A stretch of 64,000 nucleotides of DNA from a candidate division FCPU426 bacterium. GTDB taxonomy: Bacteria > Oederibacteriota > Muellerivitia > Muellerivitales > Muellerivitaceae. The notes under the pieces are model-generated. The model was given only the letters and a program-made list of their open reading frames with translations. It ran no database searches and was not told the DNA's origin. Position 1 is the first letter of the stretch; each line of letters opens with the position of its first letter. Both the position numbers and the translations under genes were made by a program. Of the stretch, positions 37,208 to 46,412 are shown piece after piece. The stretch lies in the NCBI GenBank assembly GCA_963738405.1, contig CAVTWJ010000004.1, forward strand, positions 33,047-97,046. Reading direction: 5' to 3'.

Positions 37208-38619
37208 TTGGGTTTCCTCACCTCAAGAAAAATATTGATGCCTGTGTCTTCCAATGTGATTTCGCAAGCACCCTCGGGGGCACCTTCGGGTTTAAGGATG
37301 CCCATTTGTTCCCGATTTCGATAGATCAAATGCCATTCCATGAAACTTTCCATCGTGTTAATCAGAGGATTGGTGGGCGTTACGTTCGTCGCCAGCAGCA
37401 GCCCACCCGGAGCCAGAAGGGCATAGAAATAATCCATCAGTTTTTTGCAAATCCGGTCCTCCAGGTAATCGAAAAGGCCTGCGACATAGATGAAATCATA
37501 GACCCCTTCCTTTGGGCCTTCGTAGGGTTTGAAAGTTTCTTTAAGGATATGGTTGACGGATTTCTTGACCATTTTGATGGGCGTCCCACGGCGGTGTCGG
37601 CTCTTGATGTCATCCAAAATCTTTCCAGTGAATTCCAGGGTCTCGTCGTTGAAGTCATACAGGGTAAAGTCCGCCTTTTCGCAATAATCGTCGTGGGCCA
37701 GGAAGTTTTGGACTTCTTTGGCTGGGCCGCAGGCCATGTCCAGAACCCGAAGGGTGCGGTTTTCCCGGATCGCCCGCATGGTTTCCTCGTTCAACCTTTG
37801 GATGAGGTGCTTGATGCGGTTGCGGTGGGCTTCGCAGGGCGGCGAATTCACAAACCAGAGGTTCACGATCTTGGCGAAAAGGGTGCTTCCCTCCAGGGGG
37901 TCCCTCAGCATCATATTGACCATTTCATAATCGCCGGCGTACCCCAGCGGTTTTTGAAAACTGCGGTAAACAAAGGGCGAGCAAAGAATGATGGGGTGCA
38001 TTTGCCGGCGGCTGTAGGAACGGTGGATGGATTGAAGCTCGGGGGGTATCCCCGCGATGGTCTCCTCAAATCGCTCGAAGAGCGATGAAACAGTCGGGGC
38101 GATGGGGTCCTTCAATTGAAGGATGACGTCCCGTTCAGTCTGGTTCCGGTTCCCCGAGGGTTCGGACCGGATGCTCAATTCCACCTGTTCCAGCCAGCGG
38201 CGCATATCCATCAAGAAAGTCTGCATATCGGCGATCACCACCTTGAGGTTGTCCTCGATGTGGTGGATCTTGTCCCATTCTTTCAGAAATTCGGAAAATT
38301 CGCTCTGAAGCTTGTCTTTCTGGTGGATGGAGGAAAAGATATCAACGTCCAGCCAATTGTCCTCCAGGGTGCATTCGCAAACCAGGAGGATGCCGGTGTT
38401 CAACAGGTTGCTCACGACCGCGCGGCCGGAATAAACCATCCGTTCATTCATCACCATCTTAAAATCGGTCAGGACCTCAGAGAGCTGGAGAATGCTGTAA
38501 GGGTTGTAAACCTCGAAGACGACCGAATAACGGGTCAGCCGCAGGAGGGTGGCCCGCACCTCGGCTCCCTGGCTGTTGCGGCAGTGGATAAAAGTGTCTC
38601 TACCCGTCGAGATGGACAT
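37204..38619 (-). CDS. PhcB-like class I SAM-dependent methyltransferase (fatty acid methyl ester signal synthase family)
   Basis: KPLGYAGDYEM, AHRNR, VLDMACGPA (SAM motif I), YDFIYVAGLFDYL, LAPGG; ATG 38619 chosen to avoid overlap with the PPTase; stop overlaps the kinase start. Confidence 0.8.
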   Translation of the reverse strand: MSISTGRDTFIHCRNSQGAEVRATLLRLTRYSVVFEVYNPYSILQLSEVLTDFKMVMNERMVYSGRAVVSNLLNTGILLVCECTLEDNWLDVDIFSSIHQKDKLQSEFSEFLKEWDKIHHIEDNLKVVIADMQTFLMDMRRWLEQVELSIRSEPSGNRNQTERDVILQLKDPIAPTVSSLFERFEETIAGIPPELQSIHRSYSRRQMHPIILCSPFVYRSFQKPLGYAGDYEMVNMMLRDPLEGSTLFAKIVNLWFVNSPPCEAHRNRIKHLIQRLNEETMRAIRENRTLRVLDMACGPAKEVQNFLAHDDYCEKADFTLYDFNDETLEFTGKILDDIKSRHRRGTPIKMVKKSVNHILKETFKPYEGPKEGVYDFIYVAGLFDYLEDRICKKLMDYFYALLAPGGLLLATNVTPTNPLINTMESFMEWHLIYRNREQMGILKPEGAPEGACEITLEDTGINIFLEVRKPK

Positions 38620-38636
38620 GTCGCTTTTTTTCCGAT

Positions 38637-39473
38637 CTAAGATGGGGTCTTTGAATATCGAAACTCCAGAGTTTCCCGCAGTTTCTTTTCGTCCCAGTGG
38701 AATTTTTGATAAATCGGGCTGGGACCTTTCCGTGAAGAAGCCAGCCAATTTTCATTCCCGGGCCCGGTGATTTCACCGAGGATCGTCGCGTGACTCAAAC
38801 AATAGCGGTCCTCCAACACGAATTGGGAAAATAGTTCGACAGAACCCCGGCGGATTCGTCCTTCCGGAGGAAAGGAAACCGTGAAAGAACCGTCATCCCC
38901 GCCCCATCCCAGGCCCATCGCCTTCAGAAATGCTTCTTTTAGGGTAAAGATTCTCAGAAATACCAAAGGGCGTAAGGCTCGCGGCTGCTTCTCCAGATAT
39001 TCTTTTTCCTCCGTGGAAAAATAACGGTCCGCGATCAGCCGCCAATCTCTATTTTTCGACTCCATAAGCGCTAGTTCCACATCGATTCCAACAGGAAAAG
39101 CTGAAACCGTCAGGGCCACTAGGCCTTCCGTATGGGAAAGATTGAAATGTAAGTCCCGGCTTCTCAAAGCGGGTTTACCGGAGGGACTTAGGATGAATTC
39201 TAAATCTATCATTTCCCGGCCAGTGTAAAAAGAAAGCAAGTGACGGGTCAGGATGCGGGAAAAAAGAAATTCCTTCTTGGCGTAATGCAAACTCAGGAAA
39301 TGAAAATCGCGATTTTCGTCAGGGCTCAGAAAATGAATCAGGAATTCGTCCGGATGTTGAGTGGGTTTGGAATCAAATTCAAGAAGGTGAATGTGGATCG
39401 CATTGAGAGATAGAGCTTCGGGGCTCTCTGTCTTGCGGTCCATCGCAAGGTTTGGGTTGGGGAGGGTCATCAT
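38637..39473 (-). CDS. Sfp-type 4'-phosphopantetheinyl transferase
   Basis: GKP, FNLSHT, VGIDVE, TLKEAFLKA motifs. Confidence 0.92.
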   Translation of the reverse strand: MMTLPNPNLAMDRKTESPEALSLNAIHIHLLEFDSKPTQHPDEFLIHFLSPDENRDFHFLSLHYAKKEFLFSRILTRHLLSFYTGREMIDLEFILSPSGKPALRSRDLHFNLSHTEGLVALTVSAFPVGIDVELALMESKNRDWRLIADRYFSTEEKEYLEKQPRALRPLVFLRIFTLKEAFLKAMGLGWGGDDGSFTVSFPPEGRIRRGSVELFSQFVLEDRYCLSHATILGEITGPGNENWLASSRKGPSPIYQKFHWDEKKLRETLEFRYSKTPS

Positions 39474-40189
39474 CCGGCGCCGCCGTCCATCACCATGACA
39501 CTTCCATTGAGGTATTCCGGGGCTTCCTCCGCTAGAAAATAGACAACGCGGGCGACCTCCTTCGGTTCACAGAAACGTTTCAAGGGAACGACTTGAAGAA
39601 GGGCTTCCTTCGCCTGCGGGGAAAGCTTATCGATCATGGGGGTGGTCACCCCTGCCGGCGCCACCACATTGGCGATGACCCCGTAGGGTCCGCATTCCTT
39701 GGCCAAGGCCTTAGTAAAACCGATGATGCCGGCCTTGGAGGCTGAATAGTTGGTCTGACCCGGCAATCCATGGATTCCGGAAACGGAAGAAAGATTAATG
39801 ATCCGGCCGTTCTTTTTTTTCATCATGTCGGTGGCGAAGCGGCGGGTCAGGTGAAAAACGCCTGTCAGGTTGGTGTTCAAAACATCCGTCCAATCCTCAT
39901 CTTTCATAGCGAAAAGGGGTTTGTCCCGGGTGATTCCGGCGTTGTTCACGAGTACGTCCACATTCTTTTCTTCGTCTAAAACCGCTTTGCAGAAACGATC
40001 GCAAGCTTCCCGGTCCGCCACATCTAGATGATGGGCCCGGGTCTTTCCGTCAAAGCGTCCCTCGATCTCACGGGCTGAAGCCTCATTGGAATGGAACGTG
40101 AAATGAACCTTCCATCCTGCGGCCGCGAAGGTTTCCACCAGACTTTTCCCGATACCGGAGGAACCGCCCGAAATAACCACCTTTTTCAT
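39470..40189 (-). CDS. fabG: 3-oxoacyl-ACP reductase (FabG-like KR)
   Basis: GGSSGIG, NNAGITRD, SS, YSASK SDR motifs. Confidence 0.9.
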   Translation of the reverse strand: MKKVVISGGSSGIGKSLVETFAAAGWKVHFTFHSNEASAREIEGRFDGKTRAHHLDVADREACDRFCKAVLDEEKNVDVLVNNAGITRDKPLFAMKDEDWTDVLNTNLTGVFHLTRRFATDMMKKKNGRIINLSSVSGIHGLPGQTNYSASKAGIIGFTKALAKECGPYGVIANVVAPAGVTTPMIDKLSPQAKEALLQVVPLKRFCEPKEVARVVYFLAEEAPEYLNGSVMVMDGGAG

Positions 40190-40635
40190 GAAAGCCTCAA
40201 TTTTCCAATAAGAAATTTTCCGGAAGCCACTTCATTTCCATCGACATAACCCTTTCCCTCGAAGATCCGGTTCGGCGGGACCGTTTTGGTCAGCTTCATA
40301 TGAATTTCCAGCTGATCCCCCGGAAAAAGGGGCTTGAGGAACCGAAATTCCAATACCGCCCCAATCGCGTCAAAGACCCCATCCACCGCCGACCCTTCCG
40401 TCAAACGGATCAGGAGGGTGGCGGCCTGGGCGAAGCATTCGATGGTTAATACCCCCGGAAATACCGGATAGTCCGGAAAATGGCCCTGGAAATGGATGTC
40501 GTTGACGGTGATGTTTTTAAGCGTGTGAAGTTCCTTTCCCTTTTCCCAGGATAAAACCCTATCCACCATGAACAATGGAAAGCGCTGTTTTAAAAAGGAC
40601 AGGTCTGGAATTTCCTCCATGGGCTCAAGCGGCAT
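40186..40635 (-). CDS. fabZ: 3-hydroxyacyl-ACP dehydratase (FabZ-like)
   Basis: MVDRV, KNIT, HFQGHFP..PVFPGVLTIE; start ATG 40635 or 40620. Confidence 0.88.
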   Translation of the reverse strand: MPLEPMEEIPDLSFLKQRFPLFMVDRVLSWEKGKELHTLKNITVNDIHFQGHFPDYPVFPGVLTIECFAQAATLLIRLTEGSAVDGVFDAIGAVLEFRFLKPLFPGDQLEIHMKLTKTVPPNRIFEGKGYVDGNEVASGKFLIGKLRLS

Positions 40636-40873
40636 GAACCATCCCTTCAATTACTTCCGACGCCGTATTTACTGTCCCCATTTTGATCAGCTGGTCGGGA
40701 TCGATCATAACGTTGAACTCGGTTTCCAGCTTGGCCAGGAATTCCAGAGCCCTCATGGAATCATACTTGGCCATTTCCTTGAAGGGCTTCTCATCCGCAA
40801 CGTCAGCCGGAGGCACGTCGAACATCCCGGCGATAATTTCCCGAATCTTCGATTTGATTTCAGCGGCTTCCAT
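40625..40873 (-). CDS. Acyl carrier protein
   Basis: 82 aa, acidic, YDSMRALE with phosphopantetheine-attachment Ser. Confidence 0.9.
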   Translation of the reverse strand: MEAAEIKSKIREIIAGMFDVPPADVADEKPFKEMAKYDSMRALEFLAKLETEFNVMIDPDQLIKMGTVNTASEVIEGMVHAA

Positions 40874-41782
40874 TTATTGGCTCCTTTTTTTTCGAGCGAT
40901 TTTAACCAGCGATATCCTTTTTTCTTCCGCCGCGACGGCCCCGAGAACCCCCAAATGATTGGGGGAGGATAAGAAATGTTCCAGGGAAATCCTTCCGTTG
41001 AGGCCCAATTCCAGGATAGAGGAATTGGGAACAAAACGGAAAACTCCTTCCGGCAGCAGTTTTTCCACCGGAGTTGCCATCGGGAGTCCGATCCATTCGG
41101 CCTCGTCCAGAAGGCTTTTCAAAATATTCCCCGAGCCTGCCGGCAAGGTTCCGTCCGGCTTCCATTGCGCCGAGGCGTAATCCTCAACTTGTAGAAAGCC
41201 CTCGTCATCCTCCGAACCCGACGCCCGCATCAAAAAGGCTCCTTCCTGGATGGTAAGGCTCGGGTTTCCTTTGAGGCCCGCCTTTTTAAGAAATTCCGGA
41301 ATCTTTTCGGCCGCGCCCACCAGGCAGCTTTGAAAAAGGCCGCCATTCATACCTTCCCATGCGAAGCCTAAAGCGTCGATAAAAGAGGTTCCGCCGTTGG
41401 TCAAGGTAATGTTCGGCCCCTTGAGCTGCAGCCAAATGCCAATCCGGCTTCCCGCCGCGTTGGCAACGGTGTTTGGAAAATCCATGGGATTGACGGTATT
41501 CGGCCCCTTTATAAGGGCCTGACGGTCGAATTCCACTGAGCTTTCAAAGGCGCCGAAGGCCGTTCCCAGGATGACCGCGTCGGTCGGGTTTGGAACGGGA
41601 GGATTGTCGCCCCGTCGGAAAATCCGGCCTGCGGCGATTCCCGCCATCAGGGAAAGGGTGTCGATGTATTTGGGCGATTGATCCGGGAAAAGGGCCTGAA
41701 ATTCTCCGGGTAAATCCTCCATTTTAAGCCCCTCCTGACCCAGTAGGACAGAGGCCTTCCGCTGGAGGACGAGAGGTTTCAT
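40874..41782 (-). CDS. Ketosynthase-like chain-length-factor subunit (no catalytic Cys)
   Basis: VNPMDFPNTVANAA...LKGPNITL matches the KS N-terminal domain; the Cys position reads NGGTS; short C-terminus without HGTGT. Confidence 0.8.
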   Translation of the reverse strand: MKPLVLQRKASVLLGQEGLKMEDLPGEFQALFPDQSPKYIDTLSLMAGIAAGRIFRRGDNPPVPNPTDAVILGTAFGAFESSVEFDRQALIKGPNTVNPMDFPNTVANAAGSRIGIWLQLKGPNITLTNGGTSFIDALGFAWEGMNGGLFQSCLVGAAEKIPEFLKKAGLKGNPSLTIQEGAFLMRASGSEDDEGFLQVEDYASAQWKPDGTLPAGSGNILKSLLDEAEWIGLPMATPVEKLLPEGVFRFVPNSSILELGLNGRISLEHFLSSPNHLGVLGAVAAEEKRISLVKIARKKRSQ

Positions 41783-43005
41783 GAGGAAGCCTCCGGTTTT
41801 ATCAAGACTAAGCAGGAGGTATTGCCGCCAAAGGCAAAGGAATTGGAAAGGGCCACCCGGCCCTGGAAGGCCCTGGCCTGGTTGGGAACGCAGTCCGCGA
41901 TACAGTTTTCGTCGGGAGTATCCCAGTTGATGGTGGGGAGAAGAATTCCTTTTTCCAGGGAGAGGCAGGTCATGACAGCCTCAATAGCGCTGGCCGCGCC
42001 CATGGTGTGCCCGATCATGGACTTGATGGAATTCACCGGGACGGGCCGTTCGGTGCCGAGCGCTTTTTTGATAGCGGTGGATTCGGTCTTGTCGTTGGCG
42101 GGGGTTCCGGTGCCGTGGGCTGAAACACAATCCACATCGGCGGCCTTTAGGCCCGACTGGTCGAGCGCCCGCTCGATGCTGGCCAGGGCGCCTTCCCCTT
42201 CCGGGTGGGGGGAAGTCATGTGATAGGCGTCCATCCCCAGTCCGTAGCCGCCCACCTCGCAATAGATATGGGCGCCCCTGGCCCTGGCCCTCTGTTCCTC
42301 CTCGAGCAAAAGAACACCCACTCCCTCGCTGACTACCAGCCCTTTCCGGTTGGCGGAGAAGGGGCGGCATTTGTCGGGGGTAAGGGAAAGCAGGCGGTTG
42401 AAACCGGTAAAGGCAATCCTTGAGAAGGGGTCCACTCCTCCGCATAGGGCCGCGTCCAAACGGCCTTGCCGGATCTGCTCAAGTCCCCACCCAATGGCGT
42501 AATTCCCGGAGGCACAGGCGTTGGAAAATACAAGCGACCGTCCTCCCAGTTTCAAAAAATTCAAAACGGAAGAGGCAATACTGGAAGCCTGAACCCGGTG
42601 AAAGGAGGCTGGTTCCATTTCGGAGTTATCTGTTTGGATTTGGGTTTTGGAGAGGCGCTCCGTCAGCTGAATTTCACCCATCGTTGTCCCAAAGAAACAG
42701 CCGAATCGAATTGAATCCAAGTCGCCCGGCGCAAGACCGGCGTCCTGTAGGGTTTCTTGAGAGGCAAGGATGGAAAGGATCGAAGCCATTTCATACCGGC
42801 CTGGGTTTTCTCGTTCAAAATTTTCCAAACGTTGGCGGTCTTTGATCTCGCCGCCGATTTTGACCCGGTAAGGGGAAGGGTCCATTAACGTCAGGGGCGC
42901 TACTCCGGACTGGCCCTCTGCCATGGCCGTCCATACCGAAGCGACCCCGTCTCCCAATGGACAGATCACACCCAAACCGGTTACAACGGCTCTTTTGTGT
43001 TTCAT
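41779..43005 (-). CDS. fabF: Beta-ketoacyl-ACP synthase II (FabF-like KS)
   Basis: VVTGLG, NACASG (Cys), HGTGT, KSMIGHT, SNSFAFGG; ATG 43005 after CAGGAG. Confidence 0.92.
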   Translation of the reverse strand: MKHKRAVVTGLGVICPLGDGVASVWTAMAEGQSGVAPLTLMDPSPYRVKIGGEIKDRQRLENFERENPGRYEMASILSILASQETLQDAGLAPGDLDSIRFGCFFGTTMGEIQLTERLSKTQIQTDNSEMEPASFHRVQASSIASSVLNFLKLGGRSLVFSNACASGNYAIGWGLEQIRQGRLDAALCGGVDPFSRIAFTGFNRLLSLTPDKCRPFSANRKGLVVSEGVGVLLLEEEQRARARGAHIYCEVGGYGLGMDAYHMTSPHPEGEGALASIERALDQSGLKAADVDCVSAHGTGTPANDKTESTAIKKALGTERPVPVNSIKSMIGHTMGAASAIEAVMTCLSLEKGILLPTINWDTPDENCIADCVPNQARAFQGRVALSNSFAFGGNTSCLVLIKPEASS

Positions 43006-43673
43006 CCCGGGCTCCTGTTTCTTTGCGACTGGCGAGTACAATTTATTAACAGATAGAAGGGATAAAATATGTGCAACTTCATACGATGGAAAACAATTTT
43101 ATGATTCCTCACGAACCCTGGATGATTATATTCATTGCGCGACTTTCAGGAGAAACCATAACGTTAAACGAAACCTATCGGGAGACTTTTTGAAAACTGT
43201 TGCTTTTTTGTCCGATTTGGAAGGAAGGACTAAGGGGAGAAGGGTTAATTAATAGGTATTTCTTGGTTCTCGAGTCGTAAAGTTTGTTAGGTGGGGTTTG
43301 ACAGAATTTTTTTCACTAAGAGTCATTTTGTTAAGTGAGTGTGAATTTGAGAAGACGAAGAGGGAGGTAAGTAACGATTGCCCTTCCACCCATCGTTAGA
43401 CTCGTTCACCCCAATTAGGATGCTTATGGTTACGTAGGTTCATCCGTTAGGTGTTTCAAAACTGAATCGTGAATCAATAACTTCTTCTTTGTTTGGGTTG
43501 TAAATGCATGTTTTCTTGAATTTCTCAGATTATCGGTTAAGGACCGTGATGATCGTTGCCTTGAAAACCCCACACAGCTCGCCTAGCTTTTAAAAGGGCT
43601 CTTTTATCCATCGGTCCCCGGTGTTAAGGTATCGTTAAATCACTTGCTTTGCTCCGCTTTCATGAGGTCATCA

Positions 43674-45890
43674 ATGGGGATTCAGGCACTTTTAGACAAA
43701 TCATCTTCACTCGCCCCCGGAACCCCCCTGCCCGAAAGCACCCTCAACCGCCCGCTCATCCAAAAAGCCTACGAATTCGCCAAAAAGGCCCATGAGGGAC
43801 AGCAGCGCCTATCGGGCGATGAATACCTGACCCACCTAGTCGGCGTGGCCGACATTTTGGCCGAACTGCATATGGATTCGGTCACCATCGCCGCCGGGCT
43901 TCTTCACGATATCCTCGAAGACACCACCATTACCTTTGACCAGCTCAAGGCCGAGTTCGGCGATGAGATCGCCAATCTGGTGGACGGGGTTACCAAGATC
44001 ACCAAGCGCAAGTTCCAAGATTCCACCATGCGCCAGGCCGAATCCACCCGCAAGATGATGGTGGCCATGGCCAAGGACGTGCGGGTTATCCTCATCAAAC
44101 TGGCCGACCGTACCCATAATATGCGCACCCTCGAATTCCTTCCTCCCGACCGACGGATCAAGATGGCCCAAGAAACGTTAGAACTTTACGCCCCCCTGGC
44201 CCACCGATTGGGGATATCCAAAATCAAGAGCGAGCTCGAAGACCTCTGCATGCGCACCCTTCAGCCGGATGAATACCGGGAACTGGTTAAAAAAGTGGCC
44301 ATGAAGAAGGCCGAGCGGGAACAGATGCTGGAAGGCATCAAGACCCTGCTGGAACAAAGAATGAAAGAAGCGGGCATTTCCGCCCAGGTTCAGGGAAGGT
44401 CCAAACATTTCACCAGCATTTACCAGAAGATGATCCAACAGCAAAAGACCTTCGACGAAATCTACGACCTAATGGCCATGAGGGTGCTGACCAACACGGT
44501 CAAGGAATGCTACGAAATCTTGGGAATGGTGCACACCATCTGGAAGCCCCTGCCGGGCCGTTTCAAAGACTATGTGGCCATGCCGAAAAACAATATGTAT
44601 CAAAGCCTGCACACGACCGTGATGGGCCCCTCGGGCCAGCCCCTGGAAATCCAGATCCGCACCTACGAAATGCACCGCACCGCTGAGGAAGGCATCGCCG
44701 CCCATTGGATATATAAAGAAGGGCGGGCGGTGGAGAAAGAAGACGAAAAATTCGCCTGGATGCGCCAGCTTCTCGACCTTCAACAGGATATAAAAGACAC
44801 CACCGAGTTCGCCGAGGCCATGAAGGTCGATCTGTTCGACGACGAGGTATTTGTCTTCACTCCCAAGGGCGAGGTGAAGGAACTGCCTAAGGGAGCTACC
44901 GCCTTAGATTTCGCCTATTGCGTCCATACCGACCTGGGCACCCATTGTATGGGGGTGAAGGTCAACGGCCAAATGGTGCCCCTCAGGTCCATCCTTAAAA
45001 ATGGGGATATCGTTGAAGTCTTGACCCAATCTTCCCGCGCGCCCAGCCGTGACTGGCTCAAGATCGTCACTACCAGCAGGGCCAAGAATAAGATACGCCA
45101 TTGGTTCCGCACCCACTTGTCCGCCGAGGAAGTGGACAAGGGCCATCACATGGTGGAAAGGGAAGCCATCCGCATGGGTCTGGACCCGGTGCTCGTTTTA
45201 AAAACCGGGACGCTCGATCCCTTTTTTGAGGCCCTCAACTGCCATTCGCTTAACGAGCTTTTGGCTAATATCGGCCACGGCGAGGTATCTCCCAAGACCC
45301 TGCTGAACCGGCTGGTGGCCAAGAATGAGGCGGACAACCCAAGCCCTAAAACTGAAAAGGCCGAAAAGACAGAAACAAAAACGCCTGAACAAAAGAATTT
45401 CAAACCCCTCGCCACTCCCATCGCGGCTCCGATTTCGGGCCTGAAGGGCATCACCGTGGGCGGCCACCAGGATTACCTCATACGCTTCGCCCGCTGCTGC
45501 ACACCTGTTCCCGGCGACCCCATTGTGGGTTATATCACCAGGGGGCGGGGTATTTCGGTCCACCGCACCGACTGTCCCAATACCCTTCAGCTTCCTGAGG
45601 GCGAAAGCCGCATGATCCCGGTTTCTTGGGAAGGTGACGCTAATCAGGTTTACGAGGTGGCCTTGGAAGTCCGAGGGAAGAATAGGGAAAAACTTTTGGC
45701 TGATATGCTGTTAGCCATTTCCGAAGAGGGTGTCATCATCAACGAGGCCAACGCCAGGGCCTTGGAAGGCGGATGGGCCCAGGGTTATTTCCTGGTCGCC
45801 ATTCCTTCGCTGGACCACCTGGATAAGGTGCTCAAGAAACTTCAAAGGGTCAGGGGCGTGGTCAGCGCCCGCCGGATCGAACCCCGTTAA
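43674..45890 (+). CDS. rel: Bifunctional (p)ppGpp synthetase/hydrolase (long RSH)
   Basis: HD motif LLHDILED, RFKDY, YQSLHT, EIQIRT, TGS (DFAY.VHT), ARCC.PVPGD, ACT-like end; ATG 43674 after GAGGT. Confidence 0.96.
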   Translation: MGIQALLDKSSSLAPGTPLPESTLNRPLIQKAYEFAKKAHEGQQRLSGDEYLTHLVGVADILAELHMDSVTIAAGLLHDILEDTTITFDQLKAEFGDEIANLVDGVTKITKRKFQDSTMRQAESTRKMMVAMAKDVRVILIKLADRTHNMRTLEFLPPDRRIKMAQETLELYAPLAHRLGISKIKSELEDLCMRTLQPDEYRELVKKVAMKKAEREQMLEGIKTLLEQRMKEAGISAQVQGRSKHFTSIYQKMIQQQKTFDEIYDLMAMRVLTNTVKECYEILGMVHTIWKPLPGRFKDYVAMPKNNMYQSLHTTVMGPSGQPLEIQIRTYEMHRTAEEGIAAHWIYKEGRAVEKEDEKFAWMRQLLDLQQDIKDTTEFAEAMKVDLFDDEVFVFTPKGEVKELPKGATALDFAYCVHTDLGTHCMGVKVNGQMVPLRSILKNGDIVEVLTQSSRAPSRDWLKIVTTSRAKNKIRHWFRTHLSAEEVDKGHHMVEREAIRMGLDPVLVLKTGTLDPFFEALNCHSLNELLANIGHGEVSPKTLLNRLVAKNEADNPSPKTEKAEKTETKTPEQKNFKPLATPIAAPISGLKGITVGGHQDYLIRFARCCTPVPGDPIVGYITRGRGISVHRTDCPNTLQLPEGESRMIPVSWEGDANQVYEVALEVRGKNREKLLADMLLAISEEGVIINEANARALEGGWAQGYFLVAIPSLDHLDKVLKKLQRVRGVVSARRIEPR

Positions 45891-45941
45891 AAGCCGAAAT
45901 TAACACGCCGGTGATATTTCACGGCGGGAAGGCCGAATAGA

Positions 45942-46328
45942 ATGGATTCTCGTAAGGTCGTTTTGTCCCCCCACGCCCCCGCTCCCATCGGCCCCTATTC
46001 CCAAGCCATTGAAGCGGCAGGGCTCGTCTTTTGCTCAGGGCAGATTCCCCTCGATTCTGCCAGCGGCAAGTTAGTGGAAGGCCCCATGGAAACGCAGGCC
46101 CAAAGGGTTTTGGAAAACCTGGAAGCGGTACTGAAGGCGGCGGGAACGGGTTTGGAGAATGCGGTCAAAATCACAGTCTATGTGGTTGACCTCGGCGATT
46201 TTGAGGCCTTGAACAAGGTTATGGCGGGTCGTTTCAAAGACAATCCTCCCGCCCGTGCGGTAGTACAGGTTTCGGCGCTCCCCAAGGGCGCCCGGCTTGA
46301 AATGGACCTCATCGCACTCAAAGGTTGA
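45942..46328 (+). CDS. ridA: RidA-family enamine/imine deaminase
   Basis: APIGPYSQA, SGQIP, PARA, LPKGA.LE motifs. Confidence 0.93.
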   Translation: MDSRKVVLSPHAPAPIGPYSQAIEAAGLVFCSGQIPLDSASGKLVEGPMETQAQRVLENLEAVLKAAGTGLENAVKITVYVVDLGDFEALNKVMAGRFKDNPPARAVVQVSALPKGARLEMDLIALKG

Positions 46329-46412
46329 ATTTAACAAGGAATTTAGTTTTGATACGGGCAGGCCAGGTGCGGATAATAAGGTTCGGGTTGTTCGGATGTG
46401 AAAGGGTAAGGA

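Noticed and set aside
38620..38748. 43-aa N-terminal extension of the methyltransferase in the ORF track
   Set aside because: Overlaps the PPTase 3' end by over 100 bp; ATG 38619 fits the operon spacing better
39470..43005. Housekeeping fatty-acid synthesis operon
   Set aside because: No plsX, fabH or fabD; atypical ACP (DSM); Cys-less KS partner and Sfp-type PPTase point to a specialised pathway
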